64,000 bases of DNA from Thermoanaerobaculia bacterium (GTDB lineage Bacteria > Acidobacteriota > Thermoanaerobaculia > Multivoradales > JAGPDF01), in assembly GCA_050186295.1 (NCBI GenBank), contig JBFWYP010000018.1:1590-65589 (forward strand). The letters are read 5' to 3'. Shown piece after piece: positions 9,097-20,229 of this stretch. The position numbers and the translations under genes are program-made. The first letter of the stretch is position 1; each line of letters starts with the position of its first letter. Below the pieces are notes generated by a model. That model ran no database searches. It was not told where the DNA came from and saw only the letters and a program-made list of their open reading frames with translations.

Positions 9097-11391
9097 GTGA
9101 AGCGATCGAACTGGTGCTGCGGATTCTGGATCTTCTGGCTCGCCGTCTCCGGACTCGAGGCGCAGGTCACGACGCAGCTCGTCGAGCGTCACGACTTCGA
9201 GATCTTCGACTGGTCGGACGACGGCGCCACCAGCGGCGGAGAGACGATGCCGGTCCGGGGTGCCGACTCCTACCTCCGGCTGGTCCACGATCCCTTTCGC
9301 GAAGGAGAGCTCTGCCAGACGAGCCGGCACTGGTTCCGCGACCCGATCGACGCGTCCAATCTCGGCGAGGTCCTCGGCTTCACCTTCTCGTACCGGGTCC
9401 GCGGATCCCACGACGGGGGCCCGGGAACCTCCGCCGGACTGAGGGTCGATCCGCTGGTCCGCCTGGGAGAGAGCGGACGATCCTGGTACCTCGGACCGAG
9501 CTTCGGCTACATCCCGCCGGGAGAAGGAGGCCAGTACGTGTCGTCGGGAGCGCTCGCGATCCCCGGCTACGGAACGGTCTCCGACGGTCGCTCCTACACC
9601 TTCGGCGTCGAGTTCTTCAGCTGCGCCACGGAGCGGATCCGCGCCGTCCGCGCCGACCTCGATGATTTCGTCGTCGACGTCCACACCGCAAACGCCCCGC
9701 GCCTCGACGGAGTGACGTTCGACCTGCGACGCTACTTCCAGCGCCCCAACGGCAGCTGGGTCAACGGGTTCGGCGAAGGGTCGGAAAGCACTTCGAAGGT
9801 CGAGATCCATCTGCTCCGGCGCGGCGACCTCTCCGTTCCGACGAGCCACGCGCTGCGGATCGAGACCCACCCGTTCCCCACGAGAACCCGTACCGTCACC
9901 TGGCCGGCCGGGGTCTCCGAGCAGAGTCTGACGGAGTTCGTCCTCTCGCCGGATCTCTGCTCCTACACTCTCCTCACCGCGACCCTCGAGGAGACTCCGG
10001 GAGGAATCCCGATCCTCCAACCCGCGAGAACGAAGACCTACGTGATCGACCGCCGCTTCGGCAGCAACGGAGCCGTCGATCCGTACGAGCACGCCGGGAT
10101 CTACTGTCTCTGGAACATCCTCGTGCAGCTCTTCCGTTCGCAAGAGGTCATTCCGTGCAATCCGGTCGACCCGCAACTCGCTCCACTCGATGGAGCACCC
10201 CCTCCGTCCGACGCCTCCCTCGACTCCATGACCGCCACGCTGCGCGCCTTTCGCGACCAGGTGATGGCGAGCTCCGAAGCCGGCCGCTACTACGTCAACC
10301 TCTACTACACCTGGTCGAAGGACGCGATCGTCGCCGCCTTCCGCCATCCCGCGATCTTCGCCGAGGCGATGGCCACCGCCCCCGCCTGGATCCAGGGCGC
10401 CGGATCGCTGGTTGCGGGCCAGGGGTCGACGACGTCGGTCTCGGGCCCGATGCTGAACGGTCTCAGACGGGTCCTCGACGGCCTGAAGGCCGCCGGCTCT
10501 CCGGCCCTCGCCCGGGCGATCGCCACCGAAGAGTCGCGACTCGGTCTGGCGAGCTGGGAGGGGCTCTCCTTCGACGCGCTCTGGCAGCGGGTTCTCACGG
10601 CCGGAGGGGCCGCGGCGTGCACTCCGTCCGCGAACTCCCTCTGCCTCAACCATGGACGCTATCGGGTCGAAGCCGACTTCCAGCTCGCGGACGGATCGAC
10701 CGCCCGAGCGCACGCTGTCCCGCTCACCCCGGAAAGCGGCTACTTCTGGTTCTTCGAGCCGGAGAACGTGGAGCTGCTGACCAAAGTTCTCGACGGATGC
10801 GGCACGAACGACCACGTCTGGCAGTACAGCGCCGGACTGACCAATCTCGCGGTCGATCTCACCTTCACCGACACCCTCACCGGCCGTGGCAGGACCTACC
10901 AGAGCGAGCCGGCGACGGCGTTCGCGCCGCTCCTCGACTCCGCGTTCCTCGAATGCGCTTCCCCGGCCGGATCGGAGAGTCCGCTCGACGGCGACTTCCG
11001 CTCCGGCACCGCGACTCTCTCCTCCACCGCCGGCGGCAGCTGCACGCCGGGGCCGGAGGCGCTCTGCCTGGGCGATCGCTTCCGCGTCACCGCCACCTGG
11101 CGGACCGCCGCCGGAGCCAGCGGCTCCGCCCATGCCGCCCCGCTCACCGCCGACACCGGGACGTTCTGGTTCTTCTCCCCCGCCAACGTCGAGCTCGTGG
11201 TCAAGTCGATCGACGCCTGCGGACTCGCCGGCTTCGAGAACTACTGGCTGTTCGCCGCCGGCACGACCGACGTCGAAGTGAACCTCGTCGTCGAAGACAC
11301 CGTCGCGCACGTCACGAAGAGCTACTTCCGTCCTCTCGGGACCCCGTTCGCCCCCGAGCTCGACACCATCGGCTTCGCCACCTGCCCCTGA
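9097..11391 (+). CDS. Large secreted protein with an internal CFI-box-like segment and two tandem Cys-bounded C-terminal domains
   Basis: AGGAG SD, signal peptide, LRAFRD..GRYYVNLYY, two copies of C.P....LCL..R(Y/F)RV...G.FWFF...NVEL..K..D.C. Confidence 0.75.
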   Translation: MKRSNWCCGFWIFWLAVSGLEAQVTTQLVERHDFEIFDWSDDGATSGGETMPVRGADSYLRLVHDPFREGELCQTSRHWFRDPIDASNLGEVLGFTFSYRVRGSHDGGPGTSAGLRVDPLVRLGESGRSWYLGPSFGYIPPGEGGQYVSSGALAIPGYGTVSDGRSYTFGVEFFSCATERIRAVRADLDDFVVDVHTANAPRLDGVTFDLRRYFQRPNGSWVNGFGEGSESTSKVEIHLLRRGDLSVPTSHALRIETHPFPTRTRTVTWPAGVSEQSLTEFVLSPDLCSYTLLTATLEETPGGIPILQPARTKTYVIDRRFGSNGAVDPYEHAGIYCLWNILVQLFRSQEVIPCNPVDPQLAPLDGAPPPSDASLDSMTATLRAFRDQVMASSEAGRYYVNLYYTWSKDAIVAAFRHPAIFAEAMATAPAWIQGAGSLVAGQGSTTSVSGPMLNGLRRVLDGLKAAGSPALARAIATEESRLGLASWEGLSFDALWQRVLTAGGAAACTPSANSLCLNHGRYRVEADFQLADGSTARAHAVPLTPESGYFWFFEPENVELLTKVLDGCGTNDHVWQYSAGLTNLAVDLTFTDTLTGRGRTYQSEPATAFAPLLDSAFLECASPAGSESPLDGDFRSGTATLSSTAGGSCTPGPEALCLGDRFRVTATWRTAAGASGSAHAAPLTADTGTFWFFSPANVELVVKSIDACGLAGFENYWLFAAGTTDVEVNLVVEDTVAHVTKSYFRPLGTPFAPELDTIGFATCP

Positions 11392-11450
11392 ACCTTCCGC
11401 GAACTGGCCCCCATCTCCCGCTTTTTGCGCGATAGAAGACAGGAGGAAGC

Positions 11451-11984
11451 ATGACGACTCCGACGACGCCCTCGGCTTCCCGCACGGCACGGCCGGCACT
11501 CGGCCTGCTGCTCGAGCGCTTCGGACTGCTTTCGCACCCCGATCTCGAACGCGCCCTCGCCCGGCAGGCACGCGAGGGCGGCCGCCTGGGCACCTGCCTC
11601 CTCGACCTCCACCTCCTCGACGAAGAGACCCTCCTCGCCGCTCTCGGCACGCAGCTCGGGGTCGAAGTCGTCCCGCCCGGACGCCTCGACGACGTCGGTC
11701 GCGAGAACGCCCGCCTGCTTCCCGAGCGTGCCGCCTTCCACGCCCACGCCGCCCCGCTCGGCAGCTCGGAGAGCGGCGAGCTCGAGGTCGCGATGATGGA
11801 TCCGACCGATCTGGTGCTGCGTGACGAGCTCACGGCCGTGGCCGGAAGGAAGGTCCGGCCGCGACTCGCGCTCGAAGTCCGGATCGCGGAAGCGCTCGAG
11901 AAGATCTACGGCCGCGAGGAGTCCGAACGGCTCAAGCGGACGCGTGTGCAGCTCGCGCGCCGCGCCCGGCTCGCCGCAGGCTAG
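11451..11984 (+). CDS. Stand-alone MshEN/T2SSE_N domain protein (putative c-di-GMP receptor)
   Basis: AGGAGG SD; [23 protein letters not shown] and [24 protein letters not shown] repeats; VAMMDP. Confidence 0.78.
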   Translation: MTTPTTPSASRTARPALGLLLERFGLLSHPDLERALARQAREGGRLGTCLLDLHLLDEETLLAALGTQLGVEVVPPGRLDDVGRENARLLPERAAFHAHAAPLGSSESGELEVAMMDPTDLVLRDELTAVAGRKVRPRLALEVRIAEALEKIYGREESERLKRTRVQLARRARLAAG

Positions 11985-13015
11985 GAGAAGAGGGTACCGT
12001 TCGGCGCACCGCCTGCGGGCGGCGGGTAGCCGAGATGATCGTAGGCGCGGCGCGTCGCCACGCGGCCGCGCGGAGTGCGCTGCAGGAACCCCTCCTGGAG
12101 GAGGAACGGCTCGCACAGATCCTCGAGGGTGCCGCGATCTTCGCCGACCGCGGCGGCGATCGCCTGGATCCCGGCCGGGCCGCCGCCGTAGACCTCGATC
12201 AGCACGCTGAGCAGGCGCCGGTCGACTTCGTCGAAGCCGAACTCGTCGACTTCGAGCAGGGCGAGCGCCTTGCGCGCCATGTCGAGGTCGATCCCCGACG
12301 GCCTGCCGTCGACCTGGGCGAAGTCGCGCACCCGCCGCAGCAGGCGGTTGGCGACGCGCGGGGTGCCGCGGCTGCGGCGTGCGATCTCGTCGAGACCGGC
12401 GGCCTCGGCGACCACGTTGAGGAGGGTCGCCGAGCGGGTGAGGATCTGCGCCAGCTCGGGCGGCGGATAGAAATCGAGCCGGTGCACGATGCCGAAACGG
12501 GCGCGGAGCGGCGCCGAGATCAGGGCCGCGCGGGTCGTCGCTCCGACCAGCGTGAAGCGCGGCAGATCGATCTTGACGGTGCGCGCCGCCGGTCCCTGAC
12601 CGATCACCAGGTCGAGCTTGAAGTCCTCGAGTGCCGGATAGAGGATCTCCTCGACCGTCGGACCCAGGCGATGGATCTCGTCGACGAACAGGAGGTCGCC
12701 CGGCTGCAGGTTGGTGAGGATCGCCGCCAGATCGCCGGCGCGCTCGAGCACCGGGCCGGCGGTCGTGCGCAGCGGCGCCCCCATCTCGTGCGCCAGGATG
12801 TGGGCCAGGGTGGTCTTCCCCAGACCGGGCGGGCCGAACAGGAGGACGTGGTCGAGCGGCTCGCCGCGCTCCCGGGCGGCGCGGATGAAGACCTTCAGGT
12901 TGTCGACGATCCGCTGCTGTCCGACGTACTCGCCCAGGGCGCGGGGGCGGAGCGTCGCCTCGACTCCCAGCTCCTCTTCGCCCCGTTCGCCCGACACCAT
13001 CCGCTCGCCGTCCAT
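11981..13015 (-). CDS. ruvB: Holliday junction branch migration helicase RuvB
   Basis: [53 protein letters not shown]. Confidence 0.97.
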   Translation of the reverse strand: MDGERMVSGERGEEELGVEATLRPRALGEYVGQQRIVDNLKVFIRAARERGEPLDHVLLFGPPGLGKTTLAHILAHEMGAPLRTTAGPVLERAGDLAAILTNLQPGDLLFVDEIHRLGPTVEEILYPALEDFKLDLVIGQGPAARTVKIDLPRFTLVGATTRAALISAPLRARFGIVHRLDFYPPPELAQILTRSATLLNVVAEAAGLDEIARRSRGTPRVANRLLRRVRDFAQVDGRPSGIDLDMARKALALLEVDEFGFDEVDRRLLSVLIEVYGGGPAGIQAIAAAVGEDRGTLEDLCEPFLLQEGFLQRTPRGRVATRRAYDHLGYPPPAGGAPNGTLFS

Positions 13016-13123
13016 CGGACGATTCTACGGCCCCGGCCGCCGCTCTGCCGGCGGCAGCGCGCCCACCCCCGGAGCGACCCGGTTCCGACCATCCGGAACG
13101 CAGCTGCGAGCGTAAAGCCAAGA

Positions 13124-14374
13124 GTGAGAATCGCCGTCATCGGAGCCGGGATCTCCGGCCTGGCTGCCACCTGGCTGCTGCAACGCCGGCACGAGGTCAC
13201 CCTGTTCGAAGCGGGGGCGACTGCCGGCGGCCACGCCCACACCGTCGACGTCGAGCACGAGGGGCGGCGCCACGCCGTCGACACCGGCTTCGTGGTCTAC
13301 AACGAGACGACCTACCCGCGGCTGGTCGAGCTGTTCGCCGAGCTCGGGGTCGCGACGCGTCCTTCCGACATGAGCTTCTCGGTGCGCAACGAACGGACCG
13401 GCCTCGAGTACTGCGGCTCCGGCTTCCGCACGCTCTTCGCCCAGCGGCGGAACCTGTTCTCGCCGCGCTTCCACAGCATGCTCGTCGACATCCTGCGCTT
13501 CCACCGCACCGTCGAGGCGGCCGCCGAGCGCCTCGGCGAGCGCGCCACGCTGGGCGACCTGGTCGCCCACGAGCGCTACTCCAAGGCCTTCGTCGACGAC
13601 TTCCTGACCCCGATGGTCGGGGCGATCTGGTCGACTCCGGCGGGCCGGATGCTCGACGCACCGGCGCTCTTCCTCGTCCGCTTCCTCAAGAATCACGGCA
13701 TGCTGTCGGTCGACGGCCAGCTCCCCTGGCGCACCGTCACGGGCGGCTCGCGGAGCTACGTCGATGCCCTGGTGGCGAAGCTGCGCACGCCACCCCGGGT
13801 GTCGACTCCGATCCGCGCGGTGCGCCGTCTGGGCGACGCGATCGAGATCGTGCCCGAAGCGGGCGGCCGGGTGCGTTTCCACCAGGTGGTCTTCGCGGTG
13901 CACAGCGATCAGGCGCTGGCGCTGCTCGAGGACGCCGACGACGGCGAGCGCGAGGCGCTCGGCGCCATCCGCTACGCCACCAACGCGGTGACCCTCCACA
14001 GCGACATCTCGCTCCTGCCGCGCCGCCGGGCGGCGCGCGCCAGCTGGAACTTCCACGCCGGCGGTCCGGACGACGACCTGGTGCGCCTCACTTACGACAT
14101 GAGCCGTCTGCAGGGCCTGGCGACCAGGACGCCGCTCCTGGTGACGCTGAACCGCGACGAGGCGATCGCTCCCGAGACGGTGCTGGCGCGCTTCCGCTAC
14201 GCTCACCCGCGCTACGACCTCGCTGCCACCGCGGCGCAGCGCCGGATCGCCGAACGCAACGGCGCGCGCCGCACCTGGTACTGCGGCGCCTGGATGGGCA
14301 ACGGCTTCCACGAAGACGGTCTCGTCTCGGCGCACGCCGTGGCGCGCGCCCTGAGCTACGAGGTGGCGGCATGA
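13124..14374 (+). CDS. FAD-dependent oxidoreductase (UfaD/amine-oxidase-like)
   Basis: GTG start, [39 protein letters not shown]. Confidence 0.88.
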   Translation: MRIAVIGAGISGLAATWLLQRRHEVTLFEAGATAGGHAHTVDVEHEGRRHAVDTGFVVYNETTYPRLVELFAELGVATRPSDMSFSVRNERTGLEYCGSGFRTLFAQRRNLFSPRFHSMLVDILRFHRTVEAAAERLGERATLGDLVAHERYSKAFVDDFLTPMVGAIWSTPAGRMLDAPALFLVRFLKNHGMLSVDGQLPWRTVTGGSRSYVDALVAKLRTPPRVSTPIRAVRRLGDAIEIVPEAGGRVRFHQVVFAVHSDQALALLEDADDGEREALGAIRYATNAVTLHSDISLLPRRRAARASWNFHAGGPDDDLVRLTYDMSRLQGLATRTPLLVTLNRDEAIAPETVLARFRYAHPRYDLAATAAQRRIAERNGARRTWYCGAWMGNGFHEDGLVSAHAVARALSYEVAA

Positions 14375-15180
14375 GCGTCTCCTCCGCCCTCTACTTCGGC
14401 CGCATCCGCCACCGGCGCTTCACGCCGGTCGAACACTCGTTCCGTTACCCGCTCTTCCTCTCCTACTTCGATCTCGACGAGGCGGCCGCACTGCTCCGGC
14501 GGCGCTGGTTCTGGTCGGCGGAGCGGCCGGCGCTCGCCTGGCTGCGCCGCGGCGACCACTTCGGCGATCCCGAGCGTTCTCTGGCCGAGGCGGCGCGCGA
14601 CCGGGTCGCGGCGGAGACCGGCCGGCGACCGGCCGGCCCGGTCCGGCTGCTCACGCACCTGCGGATGTTCGGCCACGTCTTCAATCCGGTGAGCTTCTAC
14701 TTCTGCTTCGAGCCGGACGGCGAGACGCTCGCCGCCGTGCTCGCCGAAGTCACCAGCACGCCGTGGAAGGAGCGTCACGTCTACGTCCTCGACGCGCACC
14801 GCGGCGAGCGGGTCGGCGACGCCTGGCGCTTCACCAGCGCCAAGCAGCTCCACGTCTCGCCGTTCATGCCGATGGCGGTCGACTACACCTGGACCTTCAC
14901 GCTGCCGGGCGACCGGCTCACCGTCCAGGTCGACAACAGGCGCGACGGGGAGCGCTTCTTCGACGCCACTCTCGACCTACGGCGGCGCGAGATCCGCGGC
15001 GCGACGCTCGCCGGGGCGCTCCTGCGCTTTCCGCTGATGACCGTCCAGGTGCTCGCCGCGATCCACTTCGAGGCGCTCCGTCTCTGGTGGAAGCGGGTGC
15101 CGTTCCATCCCCATCCCGCCCGGAGGACCGGGGGCGACGACACGGCGCCGTCGCGCGCCGCCGAGACTCCCGGCGCATGA
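14371..15180 (+). CDS. DUF1365 family protein (UfaO-like)
   Basis: [47 protein letters not shown]; ATGA coupling. Confidence 0.9.
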   Translation: MSVSSALYFGRIRHRRFTPVEHSFRYPLFLSYFDLDEAAALLRRRWFWSAERPALAWLRRGDHFGDPERSLAEAARDRVAAETGRRPAGPVRLLTHLRMFGHVFNPVSFYFCFEPDGETLAAVLAEVTSTPWKERHVYVLDAHRGERVGDAWRFTSAKQLHVSPFMPMAVDYTWTFTLPGDRLTVQVDNRRDGERFFDATLDLRRREIRGATLAGALLRFPLMTVQVLAAIHFEALRLWWKRVPFHPHPARRTGGDDTAPSRAAETPGA

Positions 15181-16469
15181 GCGAACCGGCCTTCGTCCGC
15201 GACCTCGCCGGGGAGCCGGAGCGGATCTCCGTCCGGAGGTCGCTCCTCGACCAGCTGGCGCGCCGGCTCCTCTTCTCGCGGCTGGAGCGCCTCGCGCAGG
15301 GCCGCGTCGTCTGGAGCGAGGCGGGCGAGCCGGAGCGGACCTTCGGGCCGGGCGGCCGGACCGCCGACGGGAACGCGCTCGCCAGCCGCGTCCGCGTGCA
15401 CGATCCGCGCGCCTACCGGCAGATCGTCTTCGGCGGCACCATCGGCGCCGCCGACGCCTACACCGACGGGCTGTGGAGCGCTTCCGATCTCCCTGCGCTC
15501 ATCCGCATCATGGCCCGCCAGCGCGAGATCCACAGCGGGCTCGACCGCGGCGTCGGTCGCGCGGTGGCGCTCGTCGAGCGCGCGGCGCACGCCCTCCGGC
15601 GCAACAGCCGGCGCGGCAGCCGGCGCAACATCGAGGCGCACTACGATCTCGGCAACGACTTCTTCGCCAGCTTCCTCGACGAGACGATGATGTATTCGTG
15701 CGCCCTCTTCGAGCACACCGGGGCGACCCTCGAGGAGGCATCGCTCGCCAAGCTCGACCTCGTCTGTCGCAAGCTCGAGCTCTCCCCGGGCGACCGGGTG
15801 ATCGAGATCGGTACCGGCTGGGGCGGCTTCGCCCTCCACGCGGCGACGAAGTACGGCTGCCGCGTGGTCACTACCACCATCTCGCCGGCGCAGCGCGAGC
15901 TCGCGGCGCGCCGCTTCCACGAGGCCGGCGTCGCCGACCGCATCGAGCTGCTCGATCGCGACTACCGCGACCTCCCGGCGCTCGGCCGGCGCTTTCCCAA
16001 ACTGGTTTCGATCGAGATGATCGAGGCGGTCGGCGAGCGCTACCTCACGCGCTATCTCGAGACGGTCGCGGCGCTGCTCGAGCCGGGCGGGCGGGCCCTC
16101 ATCCAGGCGATCACCGTTCCCTACCGGCTCTACGCCGACTACCGGCGCGGCGCCGACTTCATCCAGCGGCGCGTCTTCCCGGGCTCCTTCCTCCCCTCGG
16201 TCGCCGACCTGCTGGCCCGCACCGCCCGCGCCACCGACCTCGAGCTCGGCGATCTCGAAGAGCTCACGCCGCACTACGCCACGACCCTCCGCCACTGGCG
16301 CGAACGGCTCACCGCCCGCGCTCCCGAGCTCCGGCGCGCGGGAACCCCCGAACGGCTCCTGCGACTCTGGGAGTTCTACTTCTCCTACTGCGAAGGCGGT
16401 TTCGCCGAGCGGGTGATCGGCGACGTGCATCTGCTCTTCCGGCGCCCCGGCGCCGAGGTCGCGGCGTGA
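15177..16469 (+). CDS. Cyclopropane-fatty-acyl-phospholipid synthase family methyltransferase (UfaM/Cfa-like)
   Basis: [51 protein letters not shown]. Confidence 0.9.
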   Translation: MSEPAFVRDLAGEPERISVRRSLLDQLARRLLFSRLERLAQGRVVWSEAGEPERTFGPGGRTADGNALASRVRVHDPRAYRQIVFGGTIGAADAYTDGLWSASDLPALIRIMARQREIHSGLDRGVGRAVALVERAAHALRRNSRRGSRRNIEAHYDLGNDFFASFLDETMMYSCALFEHTGATLEEASLAKLDLVCRKLELSPGDRVIEIGTGWGGFALHAATKYGCRVVTTTISPAQRELAARRFHEAGVADRIELLDRDYRDLPALGRRFPKLVSIEMIEAVGERYLTRYLETVAALLEPGGRALIQAITVPYRLYADYRRGADFIQRRVFPGSFLPSVADLLARTARATDLELGDLEELTPHYATTLRHWRERLTARAPELRRAGTPERLLRLWEFYFSYCEGGFAERVIGDVHLLFRRPGAEVAA

Positions 16470-17500
16470 GCGACGGCCTCGCGGTCGCCCTCGCCGAGCG
16501 CGGCTTCGTGCCGCTGCCGCTCCTGCGCCGCGGCGTCCGCGCCAGCCTCGCGGCCCGGCTCGACGAGATCGAGGCCGGCGGGCCCGGCGCCGTCGCGCTG
16601 CGCACGGCGCTCCTCGCCGACCAGCTCGCACGGTCGCCGGTGGCGATCGCCACGGAGGAGGCCAACGCGCAGCACTACGAGCTGCCGCCCGAGTTCTTCG
16701 GTCTCGTCCTCGGCGCGCGGCGCAAGTACTCCGGCTGCTACTTTCCAGGACCCGGGAGCAGCCTCGACGAGGCCGAGGTCGCGATGCTCGAGCTCTCCGT
16801 CGAGCGCGCCGGCGTCGCCGACGGGATGGAGATCCTCGAGCTCGGTTGCGGCTGGGGCTCGCTTTCGCTCTTCCTGGCGGCACGCTTCCCGCGGGCACGC
16901 ATCCTCGCGGTCTCCAACTCCGCCCCGCAGCGCGCCTACATCGAGCGCCGGGCGGCCGATCTCGGCATCGGCAACCTCGAGGTCGAGACCGCCGACATGA
17001 ACCTGTTCCGCACCGAGCGGCGCTTCGATCGCGTGCTGTCGATCGAGATGTTCGAGCACATGCGCAACTGGCCGCTGCTCTTCTCCCGCATCGCCTCCTG
17101 GCTCGCCCCGGCGGGCAAGCTCTTCCTCCACGTCTTCTGTCACCGCGACGCGCCCTATCTCTTCGAGGAGACCGGGCGCGGCGACTGGATGGCGCGCCAC
17201 TTCTTCACCGGCGGGCTGATGCCGACCCCGGCGCTCGTCCGCCGCTTCGATCGCGACCTCGAGGTGCTGCGCCAGTGGGAGGTGGACGGCCGCCACTACG
17301 CGCGCACGGCGCGCGCCTGGCGCGAGAACCTCGAGCGGCGCCGCTCCGAGGTGATCCCGATCCTGCGCACGGTCTACGGCGCCGAGGCTTCGCGCTGGTA
17401 CGGCCGCTGGCGGCTCTTCTTCCTCGCCTGCGAAGAGCTCTTCGCGCACGGCGACGGACGCGACTGGTTCGTGTCGCACTCGCTCCTCTCCGGGCGCTGA
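16466..17500 (+). CDS. Second Cfa-family SAM-dependent methyltransferase
   Basis: GTG start overlapping TGA; ANAQHYE.P.EFF, KYS.C, ELGCGWGS, SIEMFEHMRN, WMARHFFTGG. Confidence 0.88.
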   Translation: MSDGLAVALAERGFVPLPLLRRGVRASLAARLDEIEAGGPGAVALRTALLADQLARSPVAIATEEANAQHYELPPEFFGLVLGARRKYSGCYFPGPGSSLDEAEVAMLELSVERAGVADGMEILELGCGWGSLSLFLAARFPRARILAVSNSAPQRAYIERRAADLGIGNLEVETADMNLFRTERRFDRVLSIEMFEHMRNWPLLFSRIASWLAPAGKLFLHVFCHRDAPYLFEETGRGDWMARHFFTGGLMPTPALVRRFDRDLEVLRQWEVDGRHYARTARAWRENLERRRSEVIPILRTVYGAEASRWYGRWRLFFLACEELFAHGDGRDWFVSHSLLSGR

Positions 17501-17532
17501 CCGCGGGGCCCGGGCCACGTAGAATCGCGCGC

Positions 17533-19215
17533 ATGGCAATGCGTCGCTGGCTCCGCGTCTCGCTCTGGATCGTGGTCGTTCTCGCCCTCCTCGTCGCCGC
17601 CGCGGCGGGCTACCTCTACTGGCGGTTCCGCACCACCGATCTCGACTCGGGGGGGCCGATCCGGCCGGCGCAGGCGGCGTTCGACGTCCAGCGCTACGAC
17701 CTCGAAGTGGCGGTCGATCCGGCGACGCGCTCCATTTCGGGTCGCAACCTGACGACGGTCCTCGCGACCGCGGCGCTAGCTCGTTTCGAGCTCCAGCTCG
17801 ACGACCGGATGAAGGTTTCGGCGGTGCAGGTCGACGGCACCGCCGCGACCTTCGCTCACGACGACGGTCTGGTCACGGTCGCGCTCGGCACGCCGTGGGT
17901 CGCGGGGGAACGCCACGCGGTGGAGATCGTCTACGCCGGTGTTCCGAAAGTGTCGCGCAATCCGCCCTGGAACGACGGCTTCGTCTGGGAGGAGACCCCT
18001 TCCGGCCGGCCGTTCGTCGGCGTCACCAGCCAGGGAGACGGCGGCGACGACTGGTGGCCGTGCAAGGACCATCCTTCGGACGAACCCGACGAAGGGATGA
18101 CGATCGCCCTCACCGTGCCGGGCGATCTCGTCGGCCTCACCAACGGTCGCAAGGTGAGCGAAACGACGAACGCCGACGGCACCGTCACCACCCGGTGGAA
18201 CGTCTCCTACCCGATCAACAACTACCTGGTGACGGTCAACATCGCGCCGTACGTACCGATCGAGGAGAAGTACCACGGCGTCGACGGTACGCTCGACGAG
18301 ACGATCCTCTTCTGGGCCCTGCCCGAGCACGAGGAGCAGGCGCGGACGATGTGGAAGCAGGCGCCGAAGATGCTCGAGGTCCTCGGCCGTCGCTTCGGCG
18401 AGTATCCGTTCTTCCGCGACAAGTACTGGGTCGTCGAGACTCCCTACCTGGGGATGGAGCACCAGACGATCGTCGCCTACGGCGCCAAGTTCAAGGACAC
18501 CGAGTACGGCTTCGACAGTCTCCTGCTCCACGAGACCGCGCACGAGTGGTGGGGCAACAAGATCACCGCCCGCGACTGGGGCGACTTCTGGCTGCACGAA
18601 GGGTTCGGGACCTACGCCGAGGGGGTGTTCGTCAACGACACGCTGGGAGTCGACAAGTACCTCGAGTACGCGGCGCGCTGGCGGCGCCACATCCGCAACC
18701 GGAAGCCGATCGTCCAGGGGCGCGACATCACCGCCGGCCAGGCGTACATCGGCGACATCTACAGCAAGGGCGCGCTGGTGCTGCACACGCTGCGCTATCT
18801 GATGGGCGACGACGAGTTCTTCGCCGCGATCCACGATTTCGCCAACGACGAGCGCTTCGCCTACCGCCTTTCGTCGACCAGCGACTTCACCGGCCTCGTC
18901 GAAGCGCGGCTCGGACACGCCATCCCCTGGTTCTGGCAGCGCTACCTCTACTCCGCCAAGCTCCCCACCTACCGCGTCACCCGCACAGCCGGTGGTCCGG
19001 CGGAGCAGGCGGCACCCGAGGCCAGCGGCGAGATCGAGCGCGTGGTCATCGAGTGGAGCGATCCGACCTTCGCCATGCCGCTGCCGGTCCGGGTCGGCGA
19101 GGAGATCCGCCGTGTCGAGATGGCGGGCGGGCGCGCCGAGATCGTCGTCGCGCCGGGGACAGAGGTCGAAGTCGACCCGCAGGGCTGGGTCCTCGCCGCA
19201 GCGGCGGAGAAGTAG
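17533..19215 (+). CDS. M1 family metallo-aminopeptidase, membrane-anchored
   Basis: N-terminal TM; WWPCKDHPSD, GMEHQ, HETAHEWWGN..WLHEGF, YSKG. Confidence 0.9.
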   Translation: MAMRRWLRVSLWIVVVLALLVAAAAGYLYWRFRTTDLDSGGPIRPAQAAFDVQRYDLEVAVDPATRSISGRNLTTVLATAALARFELQLDDRMKVSAVQVDGTAATFAHDDGLVTVALGTPWVAGERHAVEIVYAGVPKVSRNPPWNDGFVWEETPSGRPFVGVTSQGDGGDDWWPCKDHPSDEPDEGMTIALTVPGDLVGLTNGRKVSETTNADGTVTTRWNVSYPINNYLVTVNIAPYVPIEEKYHGVDGTLDETILFWALPEHEEQARTMWKQAPKMLEVLGRRFGEYPFFRDKYWVVETPYLGMEHQTIVAYGAKFKDTEYGFDSLLLHETAHEWWGNKITARDWGDFWLHEGFGTYAEGVFVNDTLGVDKYLEYAARWRRHIRNRKPIVQGRDITAGQAYIGDIYSKGALVLHTLRYLMGDDEFFAAIHDFANDERFAYRLSSTSDFTGLVEARLGHAIPWFWQRYLYSAKLPTYRVTRTAGGPAEQAAPEASGEIERVVIEWSDPTFAMPLPVRVGEEIRRVEMAGGRAEIVVAPGTEVEVDPQGWVLAAAAEK

Positions 19216-19218
19216 CCC

Positions 19219-20214
19219 TCAGCGGATCGGCGTCGCGATCGTCGGCTGGTCGGCGGCGGCGCGGGTGAAGAGAGTGTCGTCGGCGCGGACGCCCGGAGCC
19301 ACGTCGGCACCCGGGCCGACGATCGCGCCGCGCAAGCGCGCGCCCGCGCCGACCGTCGCTCCGGGAAGCACCAGACAGTTCCGGAGCCGGGCCCCGGTCG
19401 CCACCTGTGCGCCGGCTTCGACCACCGTCCGCCGGAGGTCGACGCGCTCCCCGACCTCCGCCCCCCGGACGGCGCGCCACGCCTTCGTCGAGCCACGGAA
19501 GGCGAAGTCGAGAACCCCTTCGAGATAACGCCCCGGCGTTCCGAGGTCGTGCCAGAGGCGCGCCGTCTCGATCGCCAGGAGCGGCGCTCCGTCCGCCAGG
19601 AGCGGCTCGTAGAAGGCCGAGACGAGATCGCTCGGTCCCGGCGAAAGGCGTTCGAGGAGCGGGCGGGCGACGATCTGCGCCCCCGCGAAGACCCGGTGCC
19701 GGCGCGCCCCGGCGTGGGCGAGTGCCGTCGGCCGGAACGCGACGATCCCGCGCCCTTCGATCGCCACGCCGCCGCCGAACGGCCGCGGAGCGATGTTGCG
19801 CGCGACGAGAAGCGTCGCCGCCGGCCGGTGCTTGCGATGCTCGCGGAGCAGCGCCTCGAACGGCCAGCGGCAGAGCGAGTCGCCGTTGACCACCGCGACC
19901 TCGTCGGCCGGGGCGAAGAAGTCGCGGAGCGGCGGCAGGGCGCCGCCGGTACCCAGGAGCTCCGGCTCGTCGGACCAGACGAGCGGCATGCCGCGGAACG
20001 AATCGCCGAACGTCGTGCGGATCCGCTCGCCGAGGTGATGCAGGTTGAGAGCGACCGCTTCGCACCCGGCGTCGCGCAGGCGCGCCAGCGTCCAAGCGAC
20101 GAGCGGCCGGCCGGCGACCGGCAGGAGCGGCTTCGGAACCGTCGCGGTGAGCGGGCGCAGCCGCTCCCCGCGCCCCGCGGCGAGGACGAGCGCGCGCAGG
20201 CGTGGGGCCGGCAT
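19219..20214 (-). CDS. NDP-sugar synthase/nucleotidyltransferase with C-terminal hexapeptide repeats
   Basis: LAAGRGERLRPLT..PKPL, LLGTGG, VNGD, W.DLGTP. Confidence 0.88.
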   Translation of the reverse strand: MPAPRLRALVLAAGRGERLRPLTATVPKPLLPVAGRPLVAWTLARLRDAGCEAVALNLHHLGERIRTTFGDSFRGMPLVWSDEPELLGTGGALPPLRDFFAPADEVAVVNGDSLCRWPFEALLREHRKHRPAATLLVARNIAPRPFGGGVAIEGRGIVAFRPTALAHAGARRHRVFAGAQIVARPLLERLSPGPSDLVSAFYEPLLADGAPLLAIETARLWHDLGTPGRYLEGVLDFAFRGSTKAWRAVRGAEVGERVDLRRTVVEAGAQVATGARLRNCLVLPGATVGAGARLRGAIVGPGADVAPGVRADDTLFTRAAADQPTIATPIR

Positions 20215-20229
20215 CTGTGGGTTGTCTTC

